Counted from the stretch's first letter, positions 42,488 to 55,120 are shown. The stretch: 64,000 nt of DNA from Vezdaea acicularis (GCA_026025075.1 JAPEUI010000005.1:1-64000); one strand, 5' to 3'. Translations and numbers: made by a program. Notes: generated by a model from the letters alone, not told the origin.

Positions 42488-45364
42488 ATGTACGGTCTAT
42501 TGTCAAACATATGGGAGAGCGCCAGAGGCTTTCTAAGCCCAAGCGCAGTTTTCAGAAAGCGGAAGCTCAATTTTATAACCATCCATTGTATGCTACATGC
42601 TGAATCCCATTGGCCAGGCCATGTGCATTTGACTAGAGCTGACTGCGTTGATGTTGGAAGACCTGTACATATTAGCATCAGTAATTGCTGGATCAATTCT
42701 TATATACCCTGCCGGTGGCCTGGCCTACATCGACACCATTTTCTTCACCAGTGGTGCTTCAACCCAGAGTGGACTTAACACGTAAGTCGCGCTGTCCATA
42801 AAGTCTCCTCCCGGTATGTCGAAGCTAACACTGGCTCCTAGTGTAAACGTCAATGAGATCAATACCTACCAGCAGGTTGGTCAATTGCTAAGATCATTCT
42901 CTGCGGTATAGGGTTCTAACTCAAAATTGGTAGATCGTTCTGTACCTTATCCCCATGGTCACAACGCCTATATTCATCCATGGATCTGTCGTCTTCATCC
43001 GACTGTATTGGTTCGAGAAGCGCTTCCAAGGCATTGTTCGAGCCGCCCGAGAGATTCGCCGCTCGAAGTCTCGCTCTAGGTCAGAGGCTAAAGGAGAGAG
43101 AGATGTTGGGAGAGAAGAGCTGGGTGTACGAGGGAGAAGCATAGTGGTATTGCGCAATAACAAGGTGGTACCAATCGACCAGTTCGATCACGCTAAAGTG
43201 GGCAACGCTACGAGTCAGGTCGAGAGTGGAACTTCCAGTGGCGATGGGAGTAGCAATGGCGATGCCAGAATGCCTAGCGGAGAGAATGCGCGCAAACCAT
43301 CGGACCCTACCCAGCAGCCCTTCCACCGCGACATTCTATTTGCGGACGAGATCAAACCTGCGGACGTACATGAAGCAATGCGTGTCCCAGACGAACGATC
43401 TCCGGAAGAGCACATCGCATTCCTTGAAAAGCAGCGTAACACCACCAAGGAAGGAACTCTGCGCATCCCTGGACCTCGCGACTTTGATAGGGGTGATAAG
43501 CCGGAAGAATTGAATGACGAAGACGGTGGGCCTCTATCACGCAACTATACCACCAACATCCAACCGCCGGATCCAGTTCTAACCAATGTGGATCACCTGA
43601 ACACCGATGACCACCCAGTTAGAAGGCATATCGCGATCGATGACTCGAACCATCCGGTGAAGGCCGCTGAGCATGCCGTGGCGTCACCGTTCAAGTTTCA
43701 CAACAAGAATCGTCCTAGTGATGAATATGATGGTACCTCCACGATCGGCCGAACGCTTTCTGGACTACGAAAACGAGCGAAAAGTGGAAACTTCATGGAG
43801 ACTTTCTCCTTCTCCAAGACACAGAAGAGTTCTGAACACATCCCTTATCTCAGCTGGGAACCTACCGTCGGCAGGAACTCGGCTTTCCTTGACTTGACTG
43901 AGGAGCGAAGGGAGGAATTGGGGGGTATTGAATATAGGGCTTTGAAAACTCTAGCGGTCATTCTAGTTGGTAAGAAACTCAAAAAATGAACGACCTGTAT
44001 CCTTACTGACACATCTTGCAGTATATTACATCGGATTTCATGTGTTAGCTATTTCTGTACTTTTACCATGGATCAAACGTTCCGGAACGTACGGTCCAAT
44101 CGTAGACGGCGATGGAGTGTCGCGTACGTGGTGGTATGCGCCAGATGTACTTCATTGCTCATGGTCGTAACTAATGACAAATTTCAGGGGCTTCTTCTCA
44201 AGCGCAACGTTATTCAACGACGTCGGGTTTACATTGACGCCTGATTCATTCATTTCATTCCAATCCGCATACGTCCCCATGCTTTTCGGAACCTTCTTAA
44301 TCATCATAGGCAATACGGGCTTTCCCTGTATGCTACGCTTTGTCATTTGGGTTACATCTCTGTGCGTTCCTATAGGTAGCGGTGTCTGGGAAGAGCTTAA
44401 ATTTCTTTTGGATCATCCTCGGCGGTGCTTCACCCTACTTTTCCCTAGTAAAGCGACTTGGATTCTCTTTTGGATTCTGGTTCTCCTGAACAGCATAGAT
44501 CTCATCTTCTTTATTATCCTTGATGTAAGTGTACCCCTATAGCTTATGTTCCTAGAGATTGATTCTAACTAATTACCCCTTCAGCTCAACGACCCAACCG
44601 TAACCTCGCTCTCTCCAAGTATACGTGTTCTCGCCGGCTGGTTCCAAGCTGTCTCCACACGTACGGCTGGAACAGCCTCTGTCAACATCGCCAACCTGCA
44701 TCCCGGCATCCAAGTCTCATACCTCATCATGATGTACATCTCCGCCTTCCCCGTTGCTATTAGCATGCGTCGGACAAACGTATACGAAGAGAAATCTCTC
44801 GGCGTCTACGGCAGCATGTCTGAGGAAGCCGCAGATGACGAAGAGCCCAGCTATGTCGGGGCTCATCTACGAAGACAGCTATCTTTCGACTTATGGTATA
44901 TCTTCTTGGGTATGTTTATCATTGCGTGCGTTGAGGGCAAGAATATCCAAAACACCAACAACTATGCTTTCACTCTTTTCAGCATTTTATTCGAGATTGT
45001 ATCTGCCTATGGGACCGTCGGCCTCTCACTCGGCTATCCCAATGTAGACACTTCGTTCTCAGCCCAGTTCTCAGTTGTGAGCAAACTCATCATCATCGCT
45101 ATGATGGTTCGCGGGAGGCATCGTGGATTGCCATACGAGCTCGACAGGGCAATCTTACTGCCCAGCGACGCGCTGCATCGCAAGGAGGACGAGGACGCTT
45201 CGCGTAGGGCGATGGCAAGAAGGAACAGCGGGCTAAGCTTGGGTGGGATGAGTAGGCGGCCCAGTGAGGGAAGAAGTGTGAGGAGACCAAGTACGGGTGA
45301 TGTGAGAGATGGTGGAGCCTGGAGGCCTGAGATGTCGGGAATTAGGGAGGAAAAGAGGGATTAA
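42488..45364 (+). CDS. TRK1: Trk-family potassium transporter
   Basis: LNFITIH|YLYI, SGASTQSGLNT, VVFIRLYWFEKRF, PYLSWEPTVGRNS, ELGGIEYRALKTL, FNDVGFTLTPDS, LLDHPRRCFTLLFP, STRTAG, FEIVSAYGTVGLSLGY and RGRHRGLPYELDRAI. Six introns. Confidence 0.95.
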
Positions 45365-46772
45365 AGGTGAGGTTGTCAATGGGAATTTTAGACTGGCTAT
45401 CATGGGTGATGGTGGCGTCTGGCGCTCTACTAGGGGCGGTACATATTGAGCGGTCACGAAAACGCGTTGGGAGTTCCGATGTCACGATAAAGAAGCGCGT
45501 CATGTCCTCGCGCAGTTGTACATATTTGATCCGCGCAACATTGAATGTAAATCTCAATTTTGTACATTTGCTTTTCTTGAATGCAAGAAAAGTCTGCTAC
45601 TACTGTTCCGGTGTTTTTTCTAGCATTCTTCAAGCCATTGAAGGAATTAAGCTCTCTCTCTAGAGACCCAGACGTGGTACGTAATGCTCTCGCCTTGTCT
45701 CATATGATGTAGCTATCCACCCTCCGATGGATGGCGCTCTCTCTTCCCTATTGAAGTCCTTAGCTTACTGCAAGGTGAAGTGACAGGCCGGGAGTTCTCA
45801 TTCACATGACTGCAAACGCTACTTCAGTCCCTGCAGTGATGCAGCCTCATTACAGCATGGCAGGGGGCGGCTCGTCATGTGTTGTGTCGAGTTAGTGCGT
45901 GTTCAGAGCGCGCTTTGTTTCAGGGTCAGTAATCTCAACGTTCAGAAGTGAGTTCACGTGGACAACACTCAGCCCACAACACCGGTGTCAGATCATGCCT
46001 GAACACCGCTAGGACAACGTGGCGTCATACTGAACGTTGATCTGAACACACGACAGCCGCGTGTGTGTGTTGAGCGTCGCCTATAAAAGGCCGCTCACCC
46101 CCCCGAGTCCTGGTTCTTCTCTTTTTTTCCCTAGGCCTGGCAGTCACCTCCTCCGACTGTCTGTGCCACCCACGCCCGGCACAGTAGATGGGCTCACCCC
46201 ATCTACTGTGCCAACCCCCTCTCTCTTCCCCTCTATATATATATATACATAAACACCAGAACGTCTGCTTCTTCCGCCCCATTGCGGCAAACCATCTCAA
46301 ACCAAACCATGGTTTGTTTGCTTTGGGGTGGAAAACTCCATTTGAGCCACTTCAGTTCGAAGTGGGGTCTGAATAGACTTTAAACTATCACAACTTCGTC
46401 GGGAGCTAGAGGAGGACGAGGTTACCACGTCCCCCTCGCAGGGAGAGCTAGTTCCGCTCTTCTTGCTAGGCGGACAATTCCTCGGCAATGATCTCGTTCC
46501 CCACTTCCTGGACCAGAAATCGGTCCCCTCGCAGGAGGGCAGGAGGAGCGGGGGAAACGATCCACACCCCGCAGCAGGAGCCGGTTCCCCTGTTAGCCAC
46601 GCCGCTAACCACCCCCTCTGCTTGAAGATCTTTATATCACAGTGGGGAGCCGGCTCCGCTCTCCTCGCCAAGCAAGCCTGCCTGGAAGAAACCGACGCCA
46701 AACTGATCCTCAAGTCGAGATTGGGGTCCGCCTGCCTTGTTCGACAACGGGAATAAGATCATCTCTTCAGAT

Positions 46773-46920
46773 CGTCCGCCACGAAACCATGACCGCCAGA
46801 CGCTCCCCGTTCGCCGCCACGAAACCATGACCGCCAGACGCCTCCCGTTCGCCGCCACGAAACCATGACCGCTAGACGCCTCCCGTCCGCAACGAAACCA
46901 TGACGGCCAGATGCCTCCCC
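46773..46920. repeat. 38-bp minisatellite, ~4 copies
   Basis: GAAACCATGAC at 46783, 46821, 46859 and 46894 (periods 38, 38, 35). Confidence 0.92.
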
Positions 46921-47529
46921 GCCCTCTCGTCGCCCTCTCATCGAAAGACAATCGGCCCATGTTACATGTTCATCATTGGGCCCTTCTTCAGCAGCAAACC
47001 AATCGAAACCGAACGCCTGCAAGAACGAAGGTCTCCTCGCCCTCATCGGCGACTCCTGGGCTCATGTTCGGACGCCTTCCGAATGTTTATCCTGCGTCAA
47101 GCCCTCCGAACGTTCGTGCAGACCAAGTCGTTTTCCGTCAAACTGAACTTGTCATCTTACGTCTCGGCATGCCTCGCCAACAAGTCAATCGAAACAGAAA
47201 ACTCCCAACATCCAAACCCAAGCGTCTTCCAGAGTTCAAAGCCTCGACGCCCTACGCACGACTATACCCACTAGCCTCGACCTCTGAGGAGCCGTCCGAA
47301 ACGACGTTAAACTAACTTTATATATATAACACGCGGAGAGAGGCCTCCTTAGAGCTCACCACTTCTACGCCGAGACTGGAAAGTCTATAACTTCAAAAAG
47401 ACGTCGGGGCGCTGGTTGCAGCCAGTAAAAGAAGACAGGGCTGCTAGGAGACAAGCCAAGGGGCTTGGTCTCTTCTTTCCCCGACTTTAGGGCGGCTGTT
47501 CAACCAGTCGGGACAACGCCCGGTCGGGG

Positions 47530-47935
47530 CCCCGTCGCCGTTCCGGAGAGCTCTCCAGTCCAGCCATTGATGTACTGGATGGGCCTAACCGAGGACGGAC
47601 GTGGGAGTTAACGCCTTCTTGCCCCACCTATGGGGGGCTGCTTTCTTGTCCCACCTAAGGGGCTTGGGGCCCTACAGTTCAGCCATCGATGGCTTCTGGA
47701 TGGGCCTGAGCGAGGATGAAAGAAGGGGTTTGCGCCTTCTTCTCCTCCCCATGTGGGTCCACCATCTCATAACACATGGGGGCCTGTCGTCGTTCCGGAG
47801 AGCCCTCCAGTTCAGCCGTGGATGGCTTCTGGATTGTGATGAGAGAAGACGGAATGAAGGTGTTTTCGCTCTTTTGTCCCACCTATGTGGGACCGCTTTC
47901 TCGTCCCACCTATGGGGGGCTGCCTCTTGCCAACC
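47530..47935. repeat. Degenerate direct repeats (2-3 copies) with internal CCCACCTA sub-repeats
   Basis: GTCG.CGTTCCGGAGAGC.CTCCAGT.CAGCC at about 47534 and 47786; CAGTTCAGCC..GATGGCTTCTGGAT also at about 47675; CCCACCTA four times. Confidence 0.8.
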
Positions 47936-48134
47936 CTCCATGTGGCTGGCTGGTGGGGGCTTTCGAAGAGGAGCCAAAGAAGCGACGGCGGCTGGGAGCG
48001 GCTGGGAGCAACGATCAGATGTTGCTGGCGGAGACGGTGGAAGAGGCGTCCGAAGAAGCGGCTTCAATATACTACGATCTGGGACATTTTGCTTTTAAGG
48101 AATCTTTCGTCACGATACCAAAAACCCCGTCTCC

Positions 48135-48492
48135 ATCTCCTCCATTACAAACTATCGTCCTCTTCTCCTTTCGCCTTCGATGGTACACCGAGCCTCGCCG
48201 CCATCGTCCTGTTCTCCTTTTGCCTTCGATGGTACACCGAGTCTCACCCCGCTCCTCCATTACAAACTATTACCCTTTTCTCCTTTCGCATTCGACAACT
48301 ACTAAATCACTACGAGCTTCAAAGTCGTCCAACAACAAAAATCTACCAGTACCAAGTGCGGTGTTCAACAGCGATTACTCAAACGAACGATGTCGCCCCC
48401 TCTTCTCCCTTCCTCGACCACAACAACCGATGTTCACCAGCAATCACCCAAACGAACGGTATCGCTCCCGCTTTCTTCCTTCCTCGACTGCA
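48135..48492. repeat. Nested short direct duplications
   Basis: CTCCATTACAAACTAT twice; TTCTCCTTT.GCCTTCGATGGTACACCGAG twice; GTTCA.CAGC.AT.AC.CAAACGAACG...CTTCCTCGAC twice. Confidence 0.82.
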
Positions 48493-48643
48493 AATTAACT
48501 TGACTCACTATCTTCGTCGACTCTTCAGAAGAGTGTTGGGAGGAAATCTTAGAACGTTGTGCATTCATGGCGCAAGTGTCTGGTTTAGAAGACAGTTGTA
48601 CATGACGAGAAGATCCTTGTTAGATTGGATATCCTGGGAGGAT

Positions 48644-48745
48644 CACTAGAGCGCTTGAGTACTAGAACGCCAGAACACTAGAGCATTAGAGTTCTAGAGC
48701 ACTAGAGCTTTAAAGCAGATGAGTTTTTAGAGTCTTTAGATTAGA
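48644..48745. repeat. Degenerate 8-bp tandem repeat, consensus CACTAGAG
   Basis: cactagag cgcttgag tactagaa cgccagaa cactagag cattagag ttctagag cactagag ctttaaag, then decay. Confidence 0.85.
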
Positions 48746-49473
48746 ACAGCGAAAGATTTAGAAGTGAAGATAATTTCAAGTCTTCTCCATAACAATATTT
48801 CACTCTGCCATGCGTGAAGTGAGTAACCAAATAACCCCGCCCGAGGCTACCCCACCCAATCAATCCTCCTACTATTTTGTGAAAGAGCCTAGATCCTTGC
48901 GCCATTACCTCTCCATACGGGTTTACTGCGCTCTTGACATTGCGAAGCTGGAGAGCTCCAGTGAAACTAATTCTCAAACAGTAAAGTGACAAATGATTGA
49001 TGAGGCCATGACCTGGCCCTAAGAAAAGGGGGGAACGTCTAATCATCTCCACGCCAGACCGCGATCATGCAGTGAACGGTGTAACTTCTTCATGAGTTGA
49101 TGTTCTATGCGCTCTCAAACATGCTCGGAGAGTATCCGACCGAGCCTGTGAAGAGTCAATTCATCAAGTCGTCGAAAGTTATCATGAGCTTAGCTACACA
49201 GGGTGTTTGCGCTAACTGGATTACAACGTCTCATTTTATGTATGCTAAAGCAAGCAAGACAAACGATGAAGAGGGTTCACCTCGAGCAGCGAACCGACCC
49301 AAAGAGGTGCTCTAGGGGCGGGTATGCCCTCTAATTATACCCCCTGCTCCTTTCCTCACAACGCATTAGCCCATCCGCTCCCTTCTCAATCCCGTTCGCA
49401 GGGCCAGGAAAGGTTAAGATCTGGACAAGTGAGTAAGACAAGGCCTCGTCTAGTCTTAGAAGCTATTTGTGTG

Positions 49474-50331
49474 TCACGGCAGGTATGAAACAGAATGCTG
49501 TCGTCTAAAGATAATTGGATTGACTTGGATATACGTTACTTCTACCCGAACGTTGGAGTCTCAAGTCCTCATGTGCCTTCTAGAGGTTATGCAATCCACC
49601 GCTTCCTTGCAGTCACACTGTGTCACGCCAGCCAACACATACGCGCTCTTTTCCAAGGTTTTGTCGTACGCAGTGTGCGAAAAGATTGGGGAAATGACTT
49701 GAAGTACACCGCAGTCGGTAAGTGTACCCCATCCGCAAACTCGGCCAGCCCGCTCCTCCTGATAGTAAGTCATCTCCTACTTCCCCCTCGCCGAATTTTT
49801 GGAAATCTAAGTGCGGCTTTCCGTTCCATTCTTGAAGGTCCCTATAAGTTTCCTCCTCGCCCTTTTGACTACACCAACGTGCGGCTGCAAGGCGTGATGG
49901 TCCGGCCCCAGATGATAGTCGAAAGTGATTTTGGGGCTTGGAAACCACGGAATGTTTGATCGAATCCTGAGAGCTCCACGACGTTGCAAGCCAGGGGGTG
50001 ATAGTGAGCAGAAACAACGTGTGCGAGGAGCGCCTCTCGGGGCTTCCCCGGGACTTAAAGTAGGTTGTTGCTTTGTCCTCAAGGTTAAGTCTCGTCTAGC
50101 GCAGATTGGGCAATTCTGAAAAGGAATGTCTGGTGGTTGAGGGCGACTGCTTCCCTCAATTTGCTCCCCATTATCCGCGACTGACCTGCCATCATTCCCA
50201 TTGATCACCCCATCTATTAGAGGAAGTCCCTTATGTAGAGTAATCGATGGCGCTACTCGACCCTCTGATTGTCTAGGAGGACCTGGTGGGTGAACTCTTC
50301 GATACTTGACTTTGGAAGAGGAACCAGTCAT
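49474..50331 (-). pseudogene. Possible stop-interrupted or frameshifted orphan coding sequence
   Basis: One frame runs from ATG 50331 through two TAG (49807-9, 49777-9) and one TGA (49561-3) to TGA 49474. No recognisable domain. Confidence 0.3.
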
Positions 50332-51341
50332 AGTAAAGACGTGCTGTGAAAATAATGGAGGATACTTACCAATCAGTTCGTACGAGAATTGCGCCGCTGA
50401 GTAAACGGCAATACATCTTTGCCTGTAAATGAGCCTTGATTTATAGAGCGACATAACACTATCAGGCTGGTGTTCAGATAGAAAACCTGAATAACTACTG
50501 AACAACACAGTAGTTGGATGCAGAGAATCAAAGAAAAGTCACGAGCAGGTTCTTACAATAGTACCTTAAGGCAGCTAAGGATTGGGGTCATTTAGGCATA
50601 CATAAACGGCCTTAACACCACTGTGTGCATCACTGAAGTATAAAATCTGATACAAAGCGCAGTAGAACAAAGCCGAAATTTATGTGGGCGCTTATGCCAA
50701 GAATTTTGCTTCTCAAACCCTGTCAAACCTTCAGCATTGCCTCAACTGATTAAAATGACGGAAGTTTACCCATGGCTTTGTTCATGGTGCCAAATGGCCG
50801 AAGGAACATTTTTCTGAATGTTGAGCTTGCTCTTTTGGCCACTCTTCACGGAGAAAGAGTGGCTTAATGGTGTTCCCCAATATCCGAGCCAGTCCTGCAG
50901 CCATCAGACGCAACAGAATAAGCCGATTTCTTCATTATGCACCTGCCTGAGGGCCCCTAATGGCTTATAGTGTTTTGCTGTTGGGGCAGTCTAGTTCAAC
51001 TACCCATGGAGCAGATATACAGCCCACACTTTGGCTCATCTCAGCTTTGTCTGACTAGAATGACATCTTTCTTCAACTCACCGAAAAGAAAAGCACTCTC
51101 CTCACTCTGTTGCTCCGTGTAGGCGTCAAACACCGTAATGATCTGTGAGAGGGATAGCGTTCCTTCGCACTTTGTCCTGGCTCGTTCTACCCTTATGGAA
51201 AAAGATGGCCCAAAGAGCTGAACTCCGTTATCGTGTGAAATAAGCCTGCTGGTAATGATTATCTGCTATGTTGTGCTTTTTTTAGGCTTAACTTTGTCGA
51301 ACATTGAATTAGTGCTACCTTCGTGGTGCTGGATTGGTCCT

Positions 51342-53504
51342 TTAGGCTCGCTCAGCCTCCATCCTGGCCCTGATATCCCTTACTAAAGCCTTGGCTTCTT
51401 CTACTTCCACGCCATCTTGAGCTAGCTCAGTTGCAAGTTCCATGGCTCTCGCTTGGTCTCCTTGACTAAACTCCCATCGCGCAAGCCACATTCTTGCTTT
51501 ACTGGTGGTCGCTGTTACTCCAACTCCTTGTCCTGCCATTTCGTCGTCCCCACTAGGTCCATCTTCTTGTGCAAGTACTAGCTCCATATATGCCGCGGCC
51601 TCGGTGCTGTTATTCATCTTCTCGTACATCAACGCGATCTGGTACAATAGCTCGGGGTCCATGATTCCATTACTGACAGGTGCTTCGACGGAGCTAAATG
51701 AATTACTAGACTGATCCCAATAGCTGCCGGCTATCAACGCCCGTTTGTATGCTTTTACAGCGTCAAACGGACGATCCATCTTACTGAAGCAACTTCCAAC
51801 TGCCTGCCACATCTTTGGGTCGTAGGGTTTAAGAGATGCTGCTCGCTGATAGTAGAATAAGGCGTAATAGTGCATTTCTAGGACTTCATAAGTCTGACCC
51901 AACCCATACCACGCACGATAGTCTTTTCGATTAACGTCTACTGCACGACGATAACTTTCTATCGCGGCGTGCGTGTTCTTCATTTCCACGTACTCGTGCC
52001 CCATGAGCGTCCAAGCGGATAAGAAGCTCCGGTCCAGCGTCAGTGCACGTCTGAAGTACATGACTGCCTTTTCGTGCTCCGACTTCAATGAGTAGTAATT
52101 TCCGACAACACAGCAGGTTTCTGGTCTGAATTTATCTGTAGTTGTTGCCAGTTGAGCAAGGAATGCAAGTTTAGGCCTTGATGCCATTACGTAGAGTATG
52201 TTGGAATAGTGATCTAGGGAGTCAATTCGGTATGGATCCTCATGAATCAGAGTCGAGAATATATTTTCGGCCTCTTCAAACTCTGTCGGCTGGGTTAGCA
52301 TTGTCACCAACAGCATGCACGTGGAACCAACCTCTAGAATGATAGTACAGAAGCGCCCTTTGGGTCTTTAAGAACTGGCTGCTGGGGAATATATCGTCTA
52401 GAGCAGACAATTGGTGATGCACTGCATCATTGCTCTGATACAATTCCTGGTTGGAGTACATATGGAAAATAAGTGTCATAATATTCTGTGGCAACAGTGG
52501 GACTATATGGCTAAGCTGTAGGAACGATTAATCGAGGAGCTGGGATGGTCGGATATTGTAGCTTACGTCGTCCGTACTTTCCAGAAGATTACTTAGCTCT
52601 TGCCATGCACCCCAATTGAATGGATAAGCATTTACGCTCCGTATTAGCCATTCCTTTGCTTTAGTCTCGTTCTTTCCTTTCGCCAGGACGATTCCATACC
52701 TTTCCTGAGTAAGTTTCGCATTCCACGGGAAGTTTTAGGATCTCACAAGTATTCAAGCCAGCCCTGTCCAGAACCCGGCAACTCGCTTCTAGCGGAAAAC
52801 CATGTCTCTAATCTCCGACTGATACCAACGATCTCTTTATTCACTGTAGCTCCTCCGTCAACTGGCCCAAGAATCATCTCACTATCTTCGTCTTTCCGTT
52901 TCTCACCCGCCATGAACTTGGCGTATAGAGACAGGAACAATGACCGCTGGCTGAGTCGTGGAAGGGCACTGGCAGCACCCCCTATCTTCAATTTATCCGG
53001 AATCACTGGCGTCACAATCTTTGATTTGCCTTTCTGCTGAAGTGGGGTCTTCACTGTAGTAGGAGGCGAAGATGAAGCAGCAATAGGGCCAAGTGGGAGA
53101 TTGTCGGGCAAGAACACAGACGCACATCGATCATATTCACGACAGTCAAAGAATGACTTCGCAAGGAGATACTTGTGCGCTTCTTGGGCTTCCAAAACCG
53201 CTTCATCGGGATCCACATTTGCTGTCATTGCAATGGGTACTGGGTTTCTCAATTGTGCGGGATCGCCCTCAGACATCTGAGAGTCGGGCTCTGTATCTGT
53301 CGGAGACACATCAGGGATGGCAAAAGAATTGAGAAGTTCGGACGCCCTAAAATGACATGCTTTAGCTTTCTTCAAAATCAGGATCAATTCATCCTGAGCA
53401 TACCATTTTGCAGACTGGTATAGACATCTTTCAGAACATTTGACTGCGGCATCCTGCAGCATCTGGCGAAGCTGGTCCCTGTCTCGATCACTAAATCCCA
53501 CCAT
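51342..53504 (-). CDS. CDC23: Anaphase-promoting complex subunit 8 (Cdc23/Cut23), TPR repeats
   Basis: [66 protein letters not shown] and [13 protein letters not shown]. Four introns. Confidence 0.96.
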
Positions 53505-53640
53505 TGTCAAGATTGTAGGAATAGAAAATCTTAAGCGTGATAGCGTATGTATTTGTCACTTCAGCATTTGGGACTGAAACTCTAAACCTTGATTGGTTGT
53601 CACTCGTGTAACAACGGATGCAGTCCTTGACCTGTAATGT

Positions 53641-53723
53641 TGACGCGTTCATGCAATACTCCGAAAGACCCGCGATCAAACGAAACGATGCTCGTCAGAA
53701 TCCAAAGACTTCATTACGCGTCA
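53641..53723. promoter_or_regulatory. Two ACGCGT (MCB-type) sites in inverted context in the CDC23/ERG20 divergent promoter
   Basis: TGACGCGT at 53641-53648 and ACGCGTCA at 53716-53723. Function is inferred only. Confidence 0.35.
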
Positions 53724-54029
53724 AGCAACACAGAGAACGAGATGAGCAAACTCTGTCGCACCCATAATATCTATAACATCCAACACGACGCACGATGGCC
53801 CCCCACTAGGACAACCGGTGCGGAAAATTCCGCGTCCGGCAGAAAAACGCCCGTTACACCGCCGGGAAACACTTAGGCCCCGTCTCCGGGTCCGTATTAT
53901 TTCATGGAGCGCTCGAGCATAAGACTGCTCTGAATTTAGTTCCCTTCTGGGTTTCAGCCCTTTGAAAGCGTTCATGAGAGATACTAGAAACAACAAAATT
54001 GCAGTAGGCTTCGCTTCAATTAGGTCAAG

Positions 54030-55120
54030 ATGGCCTCACCCCGCGCCGAGTTCGAAGCAGTCTTCCAAAAGCTCGTAGACGAGCTGTGCGAGAACGTGAA
54101 GGAGTACAAGCTTCCTGAAAATGCCGTAGACTGGTATAGAACGGTCAATAGGCACTTCTTACAGGCACAGTCATCTGCTAACGTCCAATTGCTCAGTCCC
54201 TTCTTCATAATACCCAAGGCGGTAAATACAACCGGGGGACGTCAGTAGTTGATTCGTCAAAGATTCTATTAGCACGTCCGTTGTCAGAGACCGAATACTT
54301 CCATTCTGCTACGTTAGGATGGCTCACAGAGCTCCTTCAAGCATTTTTCCTGGTATCGGACGATATAATGGACTCATCCAAAACCCGCCGAGGGAATCCT
54401 TGCTGGTATCTCATGCCGAAAGTTGGTATGATTGCCATAAACGACGCGTTCATGCTCGAAGCCAGTATCTACTTCCTCTTGAAGAAACATTTCAGATCTC
54501 ATCCCGCTTACATCGACCTCTTTGAGCTGTTCCACGAGGTGGCATTCCAGACCGAGTGTGGACAAATTTGCGATCTCCTGACGGCCCCTGAGGACCATGT
54601 AGATCTGGATTCGTTCAGCATGGACAAGTATACCTTCATCGTAATCTACAAAACAGCATTCTATAGCTTCTATCTCCCCGTTGCGCTTTCCCTTTACATC
54701 AACAACCTCGCCACGCCCAAGAACCTTCAGCAAGCGAAGGACATCTTAATCCCTCTTGGAGAATATTTCCAAATCCAGGACGATTACTTAGATGCATTTG
54801 GAGCACCCGAGACCATCGGGAAGGTCGGTACGGATATTCAAGACAATAAGTGCGGGTGGGTGATCAACCAGGCATTACTACTTGCGACACCAGAACAGCG
54901 TAAGACCTTAGATGCAAATTACGGGCAGAAGGACGCAAATAAGGAAGCCGCAGTAAAGGATGTCTTCGTCGAGATGGACCTCGAAGGTAAATACAAGAAG
55001 TATGAAGAGAAGAGAGTAGGCGAGATACGAGAAATGATAGCCAAGGTAGATGAGAGCGAAGGGATGAAGAAGGAAATTTTCGAAGCTTTCCTCCAGAAGA
55101 TTTATAAGCGGACGAAGTAG
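54030..55120 (+). CDS. ERG20: Farnesyl pyrophosphate synthase
   Basis: [68 protein letters not shown] and C-terminal KIYKRTK. One intron at about 54144-54196. Confidence 0.97.

Noticed and set aside
50690..51300. Short coding-like fragments downstream of CDC23
   Set aside because: Stops occur in the frames I checked and no coherent exon chain could be built.
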